A stretch of 63,985 nucleotides of DNA, the filler included, from Craspedostauros australis (Eukaryota), in the NCBI GenBank assembly GCA_030167865.1. It is 13 parts of 13 records of this genome, joined end to end, with 100 filler letters (N's around TTAATTAATTAA, not from the genome) between each part and the next. Parts side by side here need not be neighbours in the genome. Positions count along the whole stretch, not along the records: positions 46,188 to 49,994 come from JALAGF010005959.1; positions 50,095 to 54,060 come from JALAGF010005961.1; positions 54,161 to 57,479 come from JALAGF010005962.1; positions 57,580 to 59,261 come from JALAGF010005963.1; 9 more parts are not named here. One strand, given 5' to 3'. Made by a program: the position numbers and the translations under genes. Shown here one piece after another: positions 46,188 through 57,657 of the stretch. Below the pieces are notes generated by a model, which saw nothing but the letters and a program-made list of their open reading frames with translations, was not told the origin of the DNA and made no database searches. The stretch's first letter is position 1, and each line of letters starts with the position of its first letter.

Positions 46188-49032
46188 AGTTGCAAGCTAT
46201 CATACCACGCACACGAGTTCCACTCTACTATTCAATACTGAGTCAGCCGCAAGTAGAGCCTGGTAGGAATCCAGCGAATGTACATATTTTTGCAACTTAC
46301 CAAGATCTAGTCGACCCAACTTTGTGAGTTGTCCTATTTCTGATATCAACGGTCCTTTGATGCTGTTCCCGGCTATGCAACAACGAATGGATGTGCGAAC
46401 AACGTGTGAGGATGCAGTCTGAGCACAAGCCAATATGTACGGGCACGTTGGATTGGATCGCTTCGTTGGCATGTGAGTGTTGTTTTCTTCCTTTCTTTCT
46501 TTCAAAGCTGTTCGTCTCCCCTGAATCACAACGCCGCGACGAATGCAAGTGCACTCACAAAATTGATATTATAATACGTCCCATATCAATGAGCACCCCG
46601 ATCTCGGTCAACATCCTATTCTTCAGTCCATTATTGACTGAAGGGTCGAAGTTCAACACACACAGAGACAGGCAGTAGAGTCATGTGGAAGTATGGTTCG
46701 CAGGTGCAATCACGATCAAGGGATGGTGGGGAGTTATGTGCAGCAAGGGTGGAGCGAATTGCCAGACGAGGGAGACGATGTGGTGAGGCAGAGTAGGCTG
46801 TTGCGCAAATCATCAAGTATGTAGCTCTGTGCAATCAGCGCCATCATACAAACCATACATATGTGTAATCGTAAGCTGTTTTTTCACAGTATGTACCAAT
46901 GGATCACTCACGTGCGTTGATTTGATCCAAGTTGGCGGCATTATCATTTGTGCAACTGATTCCCAACCAAACAAAGGTCTCCAGTCCAGTCAACCAATCC
47001 TTGTTGAAGACCCAATTTGGTCCATCGTGCTGATAGTATAGAGCGATCATGATGTACCGATGCACCGATGTACCGCTCCAGCAACTGTTGTGCGGGGAGG
47101 GTTGGAAAGTTCAGCTTGGCGGGATCATCTTGGACCAACCACCACAGTGCACGATTGTACGGCGATTGGGGTTCGGAAATCGCAGCCGCTTGGCTTTGCG
47201 TGATGTTGGGATATAGCAAGCCCACCAGAAGATCGTATCGTTCCAAAAGTAGCCGCTCTTCCTCTGTGGAGGGTGCTGATGATGGTGCCAACGATGGTGT
47301 CAACGTCGGCTGTTGAGATGGTTGCCATGACGGAGCATCTGATTGCGTAACGGACGGCCTTCCTGATGATAGGATTGGTGCTGTCGAACCGCCAGAATCA
47401 CTTTCACCTGCCAGAAGTACAGCGATGATCACAACACCAGCAACGATGAAGACGAAAGCGATGCAACAAATCCATTGAGCCCGGCCCCGTTCCATCCCGC
47501 AAAGCGTCTTGTGGTCGTCTTGCGATTCAATGGCTTCCGCAGTCACAATCATCATTTTAGATTGTCCGGGGCCTTGTATAGCCGGAGTTTCCTCGTCGGT
47601 TGTCCTCGTTGTGACACCAGGAATTGTCGTGCTTTCGTCAAGACCATTCTCATTTCGAGCAGTTGTTGATGTTGCTGCAACGCTGAGCGGTGCGCTCCCA
47701 TCGCTATGGCGCTCCAGATCTTGTCGCTTCTCCATCATCTGTTGCCGTTGCGCTTCGAGCTGTTGAGTACGTGCCTCCAGCTCCTGNNNNNNNNNNNNNN
47801 NNNNNNNNNNNNNNNNNNNNNNNNNNNNNNNNNNNNNNNNNNNNNNNNNNNNNNNNNNNNNNNNNNNNGTCTCCGACTAAATGCCCTTCGACCATCTGCG
47901 TTTGTCCCCGCTTCATGGATGGCATGTCACTACTATCGTCACCGTGAATATGGGCTGCAAAGGCGTCGTCGGATTGCGCTTCATCGTTCCAAGCATCGTC
48001 GGAACTATTGTAGTCATCATTGGATCTGCCTGTGCTGTTAAACCCAGCAACGCGGATAGCTCCTGGCCGATGCAAATCGAAGGAAGGTGCCTTGGACGGC
48101 GATGCAGGACCGGCCGCCGCTATCGCAGCAGAATGCATCGATGAAATGTGAGGTCGGGGTCCCGTTTCTATTTTNNNNNNNNNNNNNNNNNNNNNNNNNN
48201 NNAATAGATGCGCTTGATGTGTTGTCGACGACACGTCCATTGCCATCCCATCTGCGTGATCGTCATACGCCACATCATACTTGTCCATGACATCTCTCAT
48301 CATGGGCTTTTCCTGTTTCGCGTTCGGGTCCGACCGAAGAGAGGCAACCTTGGATGGGTTGGGGTTCCCTTGCGTTGCAGCATGCAAATGCTCCTTGAGT
48401 AGCGATTTCGTCGGTGTGTTGCTTTTGTTCGCTCCTGGTTTGGTCGCCAAACCTGTTTCATCCTTGATGCATTTTGGCATGACTGCTTCCCGTTTCGCTT
48501 GCGACATTCTATCGTCGGATGCCGCAGTATCCAACTGGCGTTGGGTTGGTGCTGGCGCAGACAGACTTGGCGGAGAGGATTGGAACCTTTGCTGCTGCTC
48601 CTTTGCGTGCTCTGCGTGGCGGACAGAAGTCGGCTGTTCTGCCACTGCTCCAACACGCGATGATCTCGCTCTGCGTCCATAGCTGGAGCTCGGTACAGTC
48701 ACCAGCCCGCTCACGTCCCCAGACAGCGCCAATTTCGCAGCCGATTTTGCAGCTCGCATGGCAACCGAGTTTCGTGACGTCATCGTTCGATTGGTCGCCG
48801 ATGATTGATTGAGAGGAGCGACTCTGTCTGCATCACCGTCGCCGCCATGATCTTGTTGACTATTTGCATCGTACGCAACTCCTGCATTGGGTCGTCTCTG
48901 CCGCTGCACTTCGTTGAGCAACTCCAGCACCTCGTTGGGATCGTCTTGGACATCTTCCTCCTCCTCCTCGAAGCTGTCGTCCCTCGCTTGTCCGTGGTTG
49001 CTGGCGTTTCGGCGATGGTTGGGATCGCTCAT
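46188..49032 (-). pseudogene. Diatom-type single-pass membrane LRR protein gene (disordered N-terminus, TM, PS/PT stalk, LRR N-cap, single-LRR exons), frameshifted and 3'-truncated
   Basis: PGAIRVAG motif; TM WICCIAFVFIVAGVVIIAVLLAG; PSxxPT repeats; SPYNRALWWLVQDDP..LLERY; cap WVFNKDWL..WLGISC; donor GTGAGT at 46911. LRR exons at 46559-46637 and about 46301-46372 (72 nt, GNSIKGPLISEIGQLTKLGRLDL, AG..GTAAG). A 16-bp insertion at 47051-47074 shifts the frame. Confidence 0.8.
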
Positions 49033-49194
49033 GGTCCCAGTTCTTCATTCAATTCTATTCCACTCTGCTGTTTCTCGTTGTTGAGCTTGGTCCAACTCAC
49101 CGACTTCTGCCAAACCTCTCTTTCGCGATACCTGTCGATCGANNNNNNNNNNNNNNNNNNNNNNNNNNNNNNNNNNNNNNNNNNNNNNNNNNAA

Positions 49195-49994
49195 ACGCTC
49201 CTTGAGTAGCGATTTCGTCGGTATGTTGCCTTTGTTCGCTCCTGGTTTGGTCGCCAAACCTGTTTCATCCTTGATGTAATTTGGCATGACTGCTTCCCGT
49301 TTCGCTTGCGACATTCTATCGTCGGATGCCGCAGTATCCAACTGGCGTTGGGTTGGTGCTGACGTGAACTGCTTGCTGTGTGCCGACTCTGGAGCAGACG
49401 CAGACAGACTTGGCGGAGACGATTGGAACCTTTGCTGCTGCTCCTTTGCGTGTTGTGAGTGCTGTGCATGGTGGACAGAAGTCGGNTGTTCTGCCACTGC
49501 TCCAACACGCGATGATCTCGCTCTGCGTCCATAGCTGGAGCTCGGTACAGTCACCAGCCCGCTCACGTCCCCAGACAGCGCCAATTTCGCAGCCGATTTT
49601 GCAGCTCGCATGGCAACCGAGTTTCGTGACGTCATCGTTCGATTGGTCGCCGATGATTGATTGAGAGGAGCGACTCTGTCTGCATCACCGTCGCCGCCAT
49701 GATCTTGTTGACTATTTGCATCGTACGCAACTCCTGCATTGGGTCGTCTCTGCCGCTGCACTTCGTTGAGCAACTCCAGCACCTCGTTGGGATCGTCTTG
49801 GACATCTTCCTCCTCCTCCTCGAAGCTGTCGTCCCTCGCTTGTCCGTGGTTGCTGGCGTTTCGGCGATGGTTGGGATCGCTCATGGTCCCAGTTCTTCAT
49901 TCAATTCTATTCCACTCTGCTGTTTCTCGTTGTTGAGCTTGGTCCAACTCACCGACTTCTGCCAAACCTCTCTTTCGCGATACCTGTCGATCGA
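49195..49994 (-). repeat. Second allele or paralogue of the LRR gene 5' region (matches about 48390-49142)
   Basis: Same N-terminal ORF (MSDPNHRRNASN..) with in-frame 9-bp and 36-bp insertions and SNPs. Confidence 0.8.
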
Positions 49995-50329
49995 NNNNNN
50001 NNNNNNNNNNNNNNNNNNNNNNNNNNNNNNNNNNNNNNTTAATTAATTAANNNNNNNNNNNNNNNNNNNNNNNNNNNNNNNNNNNNNNNNNNNNGTATGG
50101 GGGATGCTGCGAATGATAAGCAAGGAGGTGCGAGGTTGATGATGGGATGAAATGAACCACAGCAGGCAAGGAGGTTGGGGAGGGAGGGTTGTTGCCATCT
50201 GGAGGAAAGCGAAGAAACAATGACGATGAAGAAAATCTTGGAGGAGGAGATGTCAGAACGAAGAGCTGGCAGANNNNNNNNNNNNNNNNNNNNNNNNNNN
50301 NNNNNTCCTATCGTGGAGATTTATCACGT

Positions 50330-50442
50330 GGAACTGAAAATTGTCTCCTCAGACCGGATTTTGGCGAACCTCCGGGTAACTTTGTCTCCTGAGCCCAAAA
50401 TGGCCATTTTTGGTCTCCCCAGACAGAATCTCTCTTTATGGA
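50330..50442. mobile_element. Right end of a second, diverged copy of the TIR element family
   Basis: tgtctcctgagcccaaaatggccatttttggtctccccagacagaatctctctttatgga|TA aligns with the right end of the 50584-52769 element. Confidence 0.6.
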
Positions 50443-50583
50443 TATGGGAATGATGTGTCCTTTTGGGATTGCCGGTCTGCCTTTGGACTTCCACCAGTTG
50501 GCAAACGGAATATCCACGTGCATGAAGTATTTCTGCTCACCACACGGGGCTTCCGCGAATGCGTTGGACATGTCAGCACCATA

Positions 50584-52769
50584 TCCATGAGGAAATTCTG
50601 TCGCGATAGAGGACCCCTGATGTCTCAGGAGACAAACTTTTTGACCTTCGTGCGAGGGCCTTGTCTCCTGGGACAAAACTGAAAATAACACGACGTTTCC
50701 CCGCGATGGGAAAAGTGGTCGACCAGTTGGACTAAAACTAAAATTGGACGCTCGTCTCGTCGCACATTTTCTTCGTGTATTTTCTTCGTGCTTTTTTGTT
50801 GTCCACGTTTTCACGTAGTAATGGCGTAGTTTCGGACACTCGGTAGGTGTTGTCGTAGTTTGCATTGAATATAAAGTTGCTTGCTCTCTATTTTTATGCA
50901 ATACCATTGCTAATAACACACTGGCAACTACCATAATAAGAATAACACAGAGATTAAACCCACATATGAGGCTGCGCTGGTGGCGCTATTCTCCGCCTCC
51001 TTTCACCTTCGTGCGGGGCACGAAGGGAGCACGGAATCTATGCGTTGTGTGTGTATGCTGTGTATGTGTTTTCTCCTTGCATGCTGCCAAGGGCGTCTTT
51101 TCCGGGGGGGGGGTGAGCTTGTTGTCTGCTTTTCAGCCACTTGAGCAGGGCGCCAGAGGCGGCCGGTTCATGTAGCGTCAGCGAGGCTTGCTCCACCCAT
51201 ACCGCGACCTGTGCCTCGCCAGCCAGCGCCGGCCAGCACCGCCTGGAGTAGTCGTAGATGCTTGGTGCAGTCCTGCTCGAGGCAAAGACAGAGTGACTCT
51301 GCCCTGTCATGTAGGGCCTGACCCGTCCCAGCTTCGGCTGAGTCTTGACCTTCAAACAATGCCTCATTGCATGCTCTCCATTGCTCCCAGGCAATGCACC
51401 AACTGCGACATATGAGCTGTCTGGACTACTTGGCTTCCAATTTCTGAGACTGTTGCTGCTGCAGGAATTTGCTCTGCATTGGTTCCCACTGCCTGGCTAG
51501 GATTCCTTTTTGGAGTGCCTGTGGACCCACAGCTAACTGCTGCCAAACCGCCTCATAGAGAGAGCTTCCCAGGCTTGTAGCCCTGAGATGGACCGACCCC
51601 TCAAGCTGGCTTTGCAGGATGGCGGTCATATTGATGGCAATTCCTGCATCCAGCGCTGCAACTCCCATAAATGCCTCCTCAAGATTTTATGCCGGTCCTC
51701 CCCTGCACACTGCCAGAAGTGCAACACATCCTTGCAGCCTCCACAACTGGGGCATTGGTCTGACACACTGGCAACTACCACTTGTTCTTCTCCACCAATC
51801 CAGTACCAGAATGTCACCAGCAACTGTTTTCATTTTGTTACATTCTCATTGCAGCTGTGGCCCTTTCCGTTCCTACTTGCTTTTGTTCTGTGGCTGTCAC
51901 AGGTCTCACATACTGCATTCATACAAATACCTTGCGCCTTGATCGATTTCTAAATCAACGTTGCGCTCCTTTGCGGTTGGATCCAATCTCATACAACAGC
52001 GCAACTGATTGGGAGTTTGTATTCGTGCTCTTGTCGTCCAAGAGGAGGCTTCTNNTTCTACCCAAGCATATGACTGATATGTAGTGAATGATGGAGTATT
52101 GGTTTTCAATGCAAGAGGGATGGAATGAATAGTAGCTTGCACTTGCACAGTGTTGCGGAGAATATTGTAAATGGTGAACTGGCCATGACAGATGGGCGCA
52201 GACAAGCATCAATCCTTGTGCTCGCCACAACACTGGAGAGATGGCACGAAGCTAGCAAGCGAATGGATGTGCCCTTCCAACAGAGCAGGTACAATAATGG
52301 CCAACAAAGCAAGCAACCGGAGAGGTTGGTTTGCAAGATGAACGGATACAACCGAACTGGGGACAATAGCATGTATCTTCGTCCCCTCAATCCCATGGCA
52401 AGCAACTACAACAACAGGTAGACAGCACCATGTATATTTTATGCAACATNNNNNNNNNNNNNNNNNNNNNNNNNNNNNNNNNNNNNNNNNNNNNNNNNNA
52501 TATGTCGGTTGATGGTCAAAAAGCACGGGAAAGTACGCAGTATTTGGCTTCCTGGTCGGAAAAGCACAGGAGACAATTTGCGGGTTTGGGTGTTGTTGTT
52601 TTTTGTTTTACTCGATTGAGTCCGCTGTCTTTCGGCTCCGTGTTAATTTACCACACTAATTTTGAGTTTGTCTCCTGAGACAACAATCTTGGTCCACATC
52701 CGGGTGCCTTGTCTCAGGAGACAAAATGGCCCGATTTTGTCTCCTGAGACATGAAAATTTCCTCATGGA
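50584..52769. mobile_element. Non-autonomous TIR DNA transposon with TA target-site duplication (Tc1/mariner-like insertion signature)
   Basis: Perfect 14-bp TIR TCCATGAGGAAATT / AATTTCCTCATGGA flanked by TA on both sides, subterminal palindromes TGTCTC-NN-GAGACA at both ends, and an empty site that restores the host RT frame. Confidence 0.85.
51170..51765 (-). mobile_element. Degenerate LINE ORF2 C-terminal fragment inside the TIR element
   Basis: CPSCGGCKDVLHFWQC finger followed by QQLAVG..KGILARQW..SWCIAWEQWRACNEALF. Similar to the CPSCGEQESSAHFWEC region at 43255-43305. Confidence 0.65.
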
Positions 52770-52861
52770 TATATCTTCTTGTTCTCCAATGCCAATATGG
52801 CCACGAATATGCGGAAATCCGTAGCGTCAGGAGTGGCGGTGAATGTGTGATCAGTGATGAC

Positions 52862-53662
52862 TGTGGGCAAGTTCCGCTCACGGAAGCCTACGATCGTGGA
52901 AGACGGTGTTGGTTGATAGTCGTTTCGTTTGCTATTTCATTACGTTGAGACTCCAATCCTCTGGGTGTCTCCATTCTCTTGCCCAATGCTCTTGGCGCGT
53001 TTGTCTGTTTTGTAGATTCAGTCTCCGACTATGAGTCGGTACGTGAGATGCTCTCTTGCTGCTATTTGTATTCTCTCTCTCAATAGCGTGTGCTCGTGCT
53101 ACACGATACTTCGTGTTCGATGCGTACTCCGCATTCGACACTCCATTCGTTCACTACTGGTTCCTACTCCATGAGTACTTACCATTTGAACTTCACCTTC
53201 TGTATCCATGATCTTGATGCCCTTCGGTCATAGAATCTTCACCTTCTGCTTCTGACTTGGAGACAGATGTCGACGTGGTGACATGATGACATCCTGTCAA
53301 CGTCAGTAGGCGTCCTTCTGCTCTCCAGATGTCACGTTCCATCGATGAGCGATGGTCTGTCAGATGATGTCGTCATCTGGGGTTTAGTTGGGAGGTATAT
53401 TGCGTTTCGCTCGATACCATACGTTTCCGTTGATGGATGGACGGACGACATTCCTGATTCTCTCAGAAATCGTTGATTGCAAATTTCCTCCAGAAATCTT
53501 GCTCATTTTCGTGTGTTCCATTTCCGCTGTAATTCTGACAAATCACAGCATACTATTGACACGAATGTAGTTGTACCGTCCAAGTACGTATGAGAGAATA
53601 ACAGGTGAGCGATGCACATATACATGTACATCTTGACATATACTCACATGTACATCTCGACA
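52862..53662 (-). repeat. LTR of the same Copia family, apparently solo
   Basis: TG..CA ends, homology to 26802-27550 and 57658-58666. No PPT or 5'-LTR-type flank, but also no clean TSD (atgac vs gtcgc). Confidence 0.75.
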
Positions 53663-54160
53663 GTCGCACCATGAAATTGTTTTGGCGCGTCAATTTTGGC
53701 GCGAAACCTCCTGCCAACAAATACGGGACAATCACTCTTTTCCCTCCTTCTCCCACTTTTACTCATGAATTTCTGCTGACTCAAAACTCACTTGAGTCAA
53801 TGGGATCAAGGCATTCTGGGAACTATATGCTCCTCTGAACCCTTGCGTTGCAGCCAACCTGAATTCCATTGTCAGCCATGCCAGCTGACGACCCTGCACG
53901 ACAACAGCAAAGAGATCCTCCCTGCTTCAACACAAGCAGGGAATCCTACTACAATTCCCGTGGCTTGACAACCTGCGTTCTCAAACACAACTTCAATCAA
54001 GGTGTCAAGGCTTTGTACTCGAACGTAGAACTACTATGATGAGATAGTGGAGAAAGAGAGNNNNNNNNNNNNNNNNNNNNNNNNNNNNNNNNNNNNNNNN
54101 NNNNTTAATTAATTAANNNNNNNNNNNNNNNNNNNNNNNNNNNNNNNNNNNNNNNNNNNN

Positions 54161-56350
54161 GCTACCATCAAACTCAAGTTCGCGAGTTCCAAGCGTGGGT
54201 GATAGAACTGTTGGTCAAGAGCGTCCAGCATGAACCTCATCTGTTTTCCGAGAAGGAGTACCGTGTCTGCACAGTTGTTGACCATGTCTTTCATCACGAC
54301 ATGGCAGGATCTGGGCTTTGACTTGCTGCACATGATGTGGGTGGCCCTTGGCCAGTTGTGGTAGCCATCCAATTCTGATTGTTGTCCTCTCTTCTTCACC
54401 AGTTGAATCTTATGGATGTGAAGTTGAACTATGCATTGGTTCTTCACAACCTCATGCTCATTGATTACTTCTGCCAAATCCTCCATATTCATGGTGCTGT
54501 GGCTGCCGAACAGCCAACCTGCTGCCACAATGTTGTTTTTCTGCATGTCAGACTTCCTGAAAGCCATCGCAGCTGTTACTAGTGTTCCATCATCCTCAAA
54601 AGTGTCAAGGTCCTGTTTGTGGCCAACCCAAATGNNNNNNNNNNNNNNNNNNNNNNNNNNNNNNNNNNNNNNNNNNNNNAATTGCTTCAGCATCTCACAG
54701 CTGGTCCATGCAACGTCCGCGGCCATCCAGGGTCATAGCTTTTTGCTTCTCCGCCATGCCAGGATTTTTGTCTTGGAGTCAGTGCGGAAAATGAATGCGC
54801 GTAACGCGTTCAATCCTGCGATGACTTGCACCAACAGAGTATCACTGCCGTTCCTTGACATTGGCAGACACACATCAAAGAAGCTCTTGTGGATGTTGCT
54901 GAGGACATCATTGATGCTCACCAGTTCTCAAGCTTGNNNNNNNNNNNNNNNNNNNNNNNNNNNNNNNNNNNNNNNNNNNNNNNNNNGCAGCTGTTACTAG
55001 TGTTCCATCATCCTCAAAAGTGTCAAGGTCCTGTTTGTGGCCAACCCAAATGCACATGTAGGTTATGAATTCTGTTCTTGCATAGAGAATCTCTACAAAT
55101 TGCTTCAGCATCTCACAGCTGGTCCATGCAACGTCCGCGGCCATCCAGGGTCATAGCTTTTTGCTTCTCCGCCATGCCAGGATTTTNGNCTTGGAGTCAG
55201 TGCGGAAAATGAATGCNCGTAACNCGTTCAATCCTGNGATGACTTGCACCAACAGAGTATCACTGCCNTNCCTTGANATTGGCAGACACACATCAAAGAA
55301 GCTCTTGTGGATGTTGCTGAGGACATCATTGATGCTCACCAGTTCTCAAGCTTGTGGGTTCTTCCTTGGGTACACCATTACTTTGTTTTTTTGGCTTGCA
55401 CAACTTCTTTTTGGATGTGGGGTTTGGAGAGTTGGCCTGTGGAACGTTTTCATCTTCATTTTGTCGAGATGGGTGCCCTTGACCTCCATGAATACCGTCC
55501 TTGCTGCAATCCATGCAGCTGTCACATGTGTGGATAGGATCTGTCCAATTTCCACATNGAAGAGGAGAAGATGTTGGATGTTGCCAACAGTNGCACCATG
55601 ATTTGCAACATCAGCAGGTTGGATTCTGTGGTTAGTTTGTTGTCGTCCGCGTTGCTGAACAGCTGCTTCCACTGTTCGAAGGATACTCCGTCCGCCAGAT
55701 CGTCCCTCATCTCCTTTACAAAGTCAATGGGCTCGTCAAATGTGCCCTCTTCCCCAGATGCAGCTTGGAAAGGTTCCAAGTCCCATGTCATCAGGTTCCT
55801 CTTGCAGAGGTTGTCACCCCAACTTCTCTCGTGCTGATGACTCCAAGTCCAATGGTTCTCGTTTTCAGTGGGTTGCTTTTTTGTTGTCTTGTTGCCTGGA
55901 GAGTCGCTTGCCACCTCGGCCTCCTTGTNCTGGACATCCTTGTGCCATGGTCGGCATCGATCGAGCACTCTGGTTGGCTTTGCCAGAGCCGTTTTNTGCG
56001 CCTGTGCGCANCATTGTCAAANNTTTTGTTNTAGTACTGATTCTACAGGTTCTACATGAGAATTTTCNTNCTGGTCCTACGTACGTCATCAACTGTGGAA
56101 GAGCCATGGGACATTCTNTAGTATGCAAAATATAGCATTATTTCACACTAAGCTTAGTTTGTGAGTACAAAGTCCTGTGCAACCTTCTTTGCTTCCATTG
56201 GACAGGGGATGCCGAGGTCATCTGCTGAGCTGTTGGCATGGTGCGGAAAGAGACTGGTGGCAGTGTTGTTGTTTTCCATGTTGTTTCTCGTGTTGTGATT
56301 CGTGTGCTTCCAGATTCATTGACACCAAAATAACAAGCCGAGAGGAGAGC
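54161..56350 (-). pseudogene. Degenerate TE-like ORF, probably LINE ORF1 (Ambal-like), with assembly duplications
   Basis: Fragmented frames including IWVGHKQD..AFRKSDMQ..VAAGWLFGSH..RATHIMC..LLGKQMRF, which resemble diatom LINE ORF1 from memory. CpG-poor with many ambiguous bases. Confidence 0.4.
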
Positions 56351-57324
56351 AGATGAACAACAGCCAGCAGCCAGAGANNNNNNNNNNNNNNNNNNNNNNN
56401 NNNNNNNNNNNNNNNNNNNNNNNNNNNTCCTACGTACGTCATCAACTGTGGAAGAGCCATGGGACATTCTTTAGTATGCAAAATATAGCATTATTTCACA
56501 CTAAGCTTAGTTTGTGAGTACAAAGTCCTGTGCAACCTTCTTTGCTTCCATTGGACAGGGGATGCCGAGGTCATCTGCTGAGCTGTTGGCATGGTGCGGA
56601 AAGAGACTGGTGGCAGTGTTGTTGTTTTCCATGTTGTTTCTCGTGTTGTGATTCGTGTGCTTCCAGATTCATTGACACCAAAATAACAAGCCGAGAGGAG
56701 AGCAGATGAACAACAGCCAGCAGCCAGAGATGGCTGTTGGCGACGACGAACAGAGAGGAGGTCCAACGGAACAAACAGAGAATAGATCTGAAATGAGGAT
56801 GAGGCTGCAATAAGAGTAGGCATATGGAGGGAAGGCAGTGTGTGCTGATTGGGACATGGACAAAGCTCAACGTCACGGAACATAAACGGTAGCAGAACCG
56901 AGAACAAGNNNNNNNNNNNNNNNNNNNNNNNNNNNNNNNNNNNNNNNNNNNNNAACCCACAACTCTGAATTTTGACAACTGATCCATGGCCCAGATGAAT
57001 CAGCATCCTTGGCATGCCTACCGCTGCCACGCAATCCTCAACATTTCTTCGAAATCAACCGCCTCACCAACGCGAAATGTGATTGTGTCGTTGATAGGCA
57101 CGACTGGATAACAAAATCGAAGCACGACTGGAGTTTCCAAACAAAATTGCACGTCTACGTCCGTATTCCCAACGTGTCTAGTCATAGACTAATGCGAAAA
57201 ATATAAACTTTTTAACTACAAGGATCAGGAGCTTGTTACTTCACACATATACTATCTACAACATTTTAGGATGAACGAAGTCCTCAAACTAAAAATCGGC
57301 ACGATAATACCTTTGTATCCTGAA

Positions 57325-57405
57325 TGGGGTCTTTAATAGGGCACGTTCTCAAACCATGCCCTAAATTAGGGCACCTTTTCAAAACGTGCCGTAAATAGGA
57401 CCCCA
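57325..57405. repeat. 81-bp imperfect palindrome with nested hairpins
   Basis: Left arm tggggtctttaatagggcacgttctcaaaccatgccctaa vs reverse complement of the right arm tggggtcctatttacggcacgttttgaaaaggtgccctaa. Confidence 0.8.
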
Positions 57406-57657
57406 CTTAGTGAGTCGACCTGCACTTTGTTACGGGACTCCAGAACTTTTGTCTCAGATATCCAAACAACGTACATATTNNNNNNNNNNNNNNNNNNNNN
57501 NNNNNNNNNNNNNNNNNNNNNNNTTAATTAATTAANNNNNNNNNNNNNNNNNNNNNNNNNNNNNNNNNNNNNNNNNNNNAATGCAACGCCCATGTGGTCC
57601 TCAAATAGGTGTTGGCTGTGCGTTTCGCGGTGCGCAGCGCACAGCTCACGTAATACA

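Larger units (their letters stand above)
50445..52861 (-). mobile_element. Copia RT fragment (50445-50583 plus 52772-52861) split by the TIR element
   Basis: Removing the element and one TA restores the frame VITDHTFTATPDATDFRIFVAILALENKKIYGADMSNAFAEAP..FANWW, a Copia RT D..NAF region. Confidence 0.8.
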
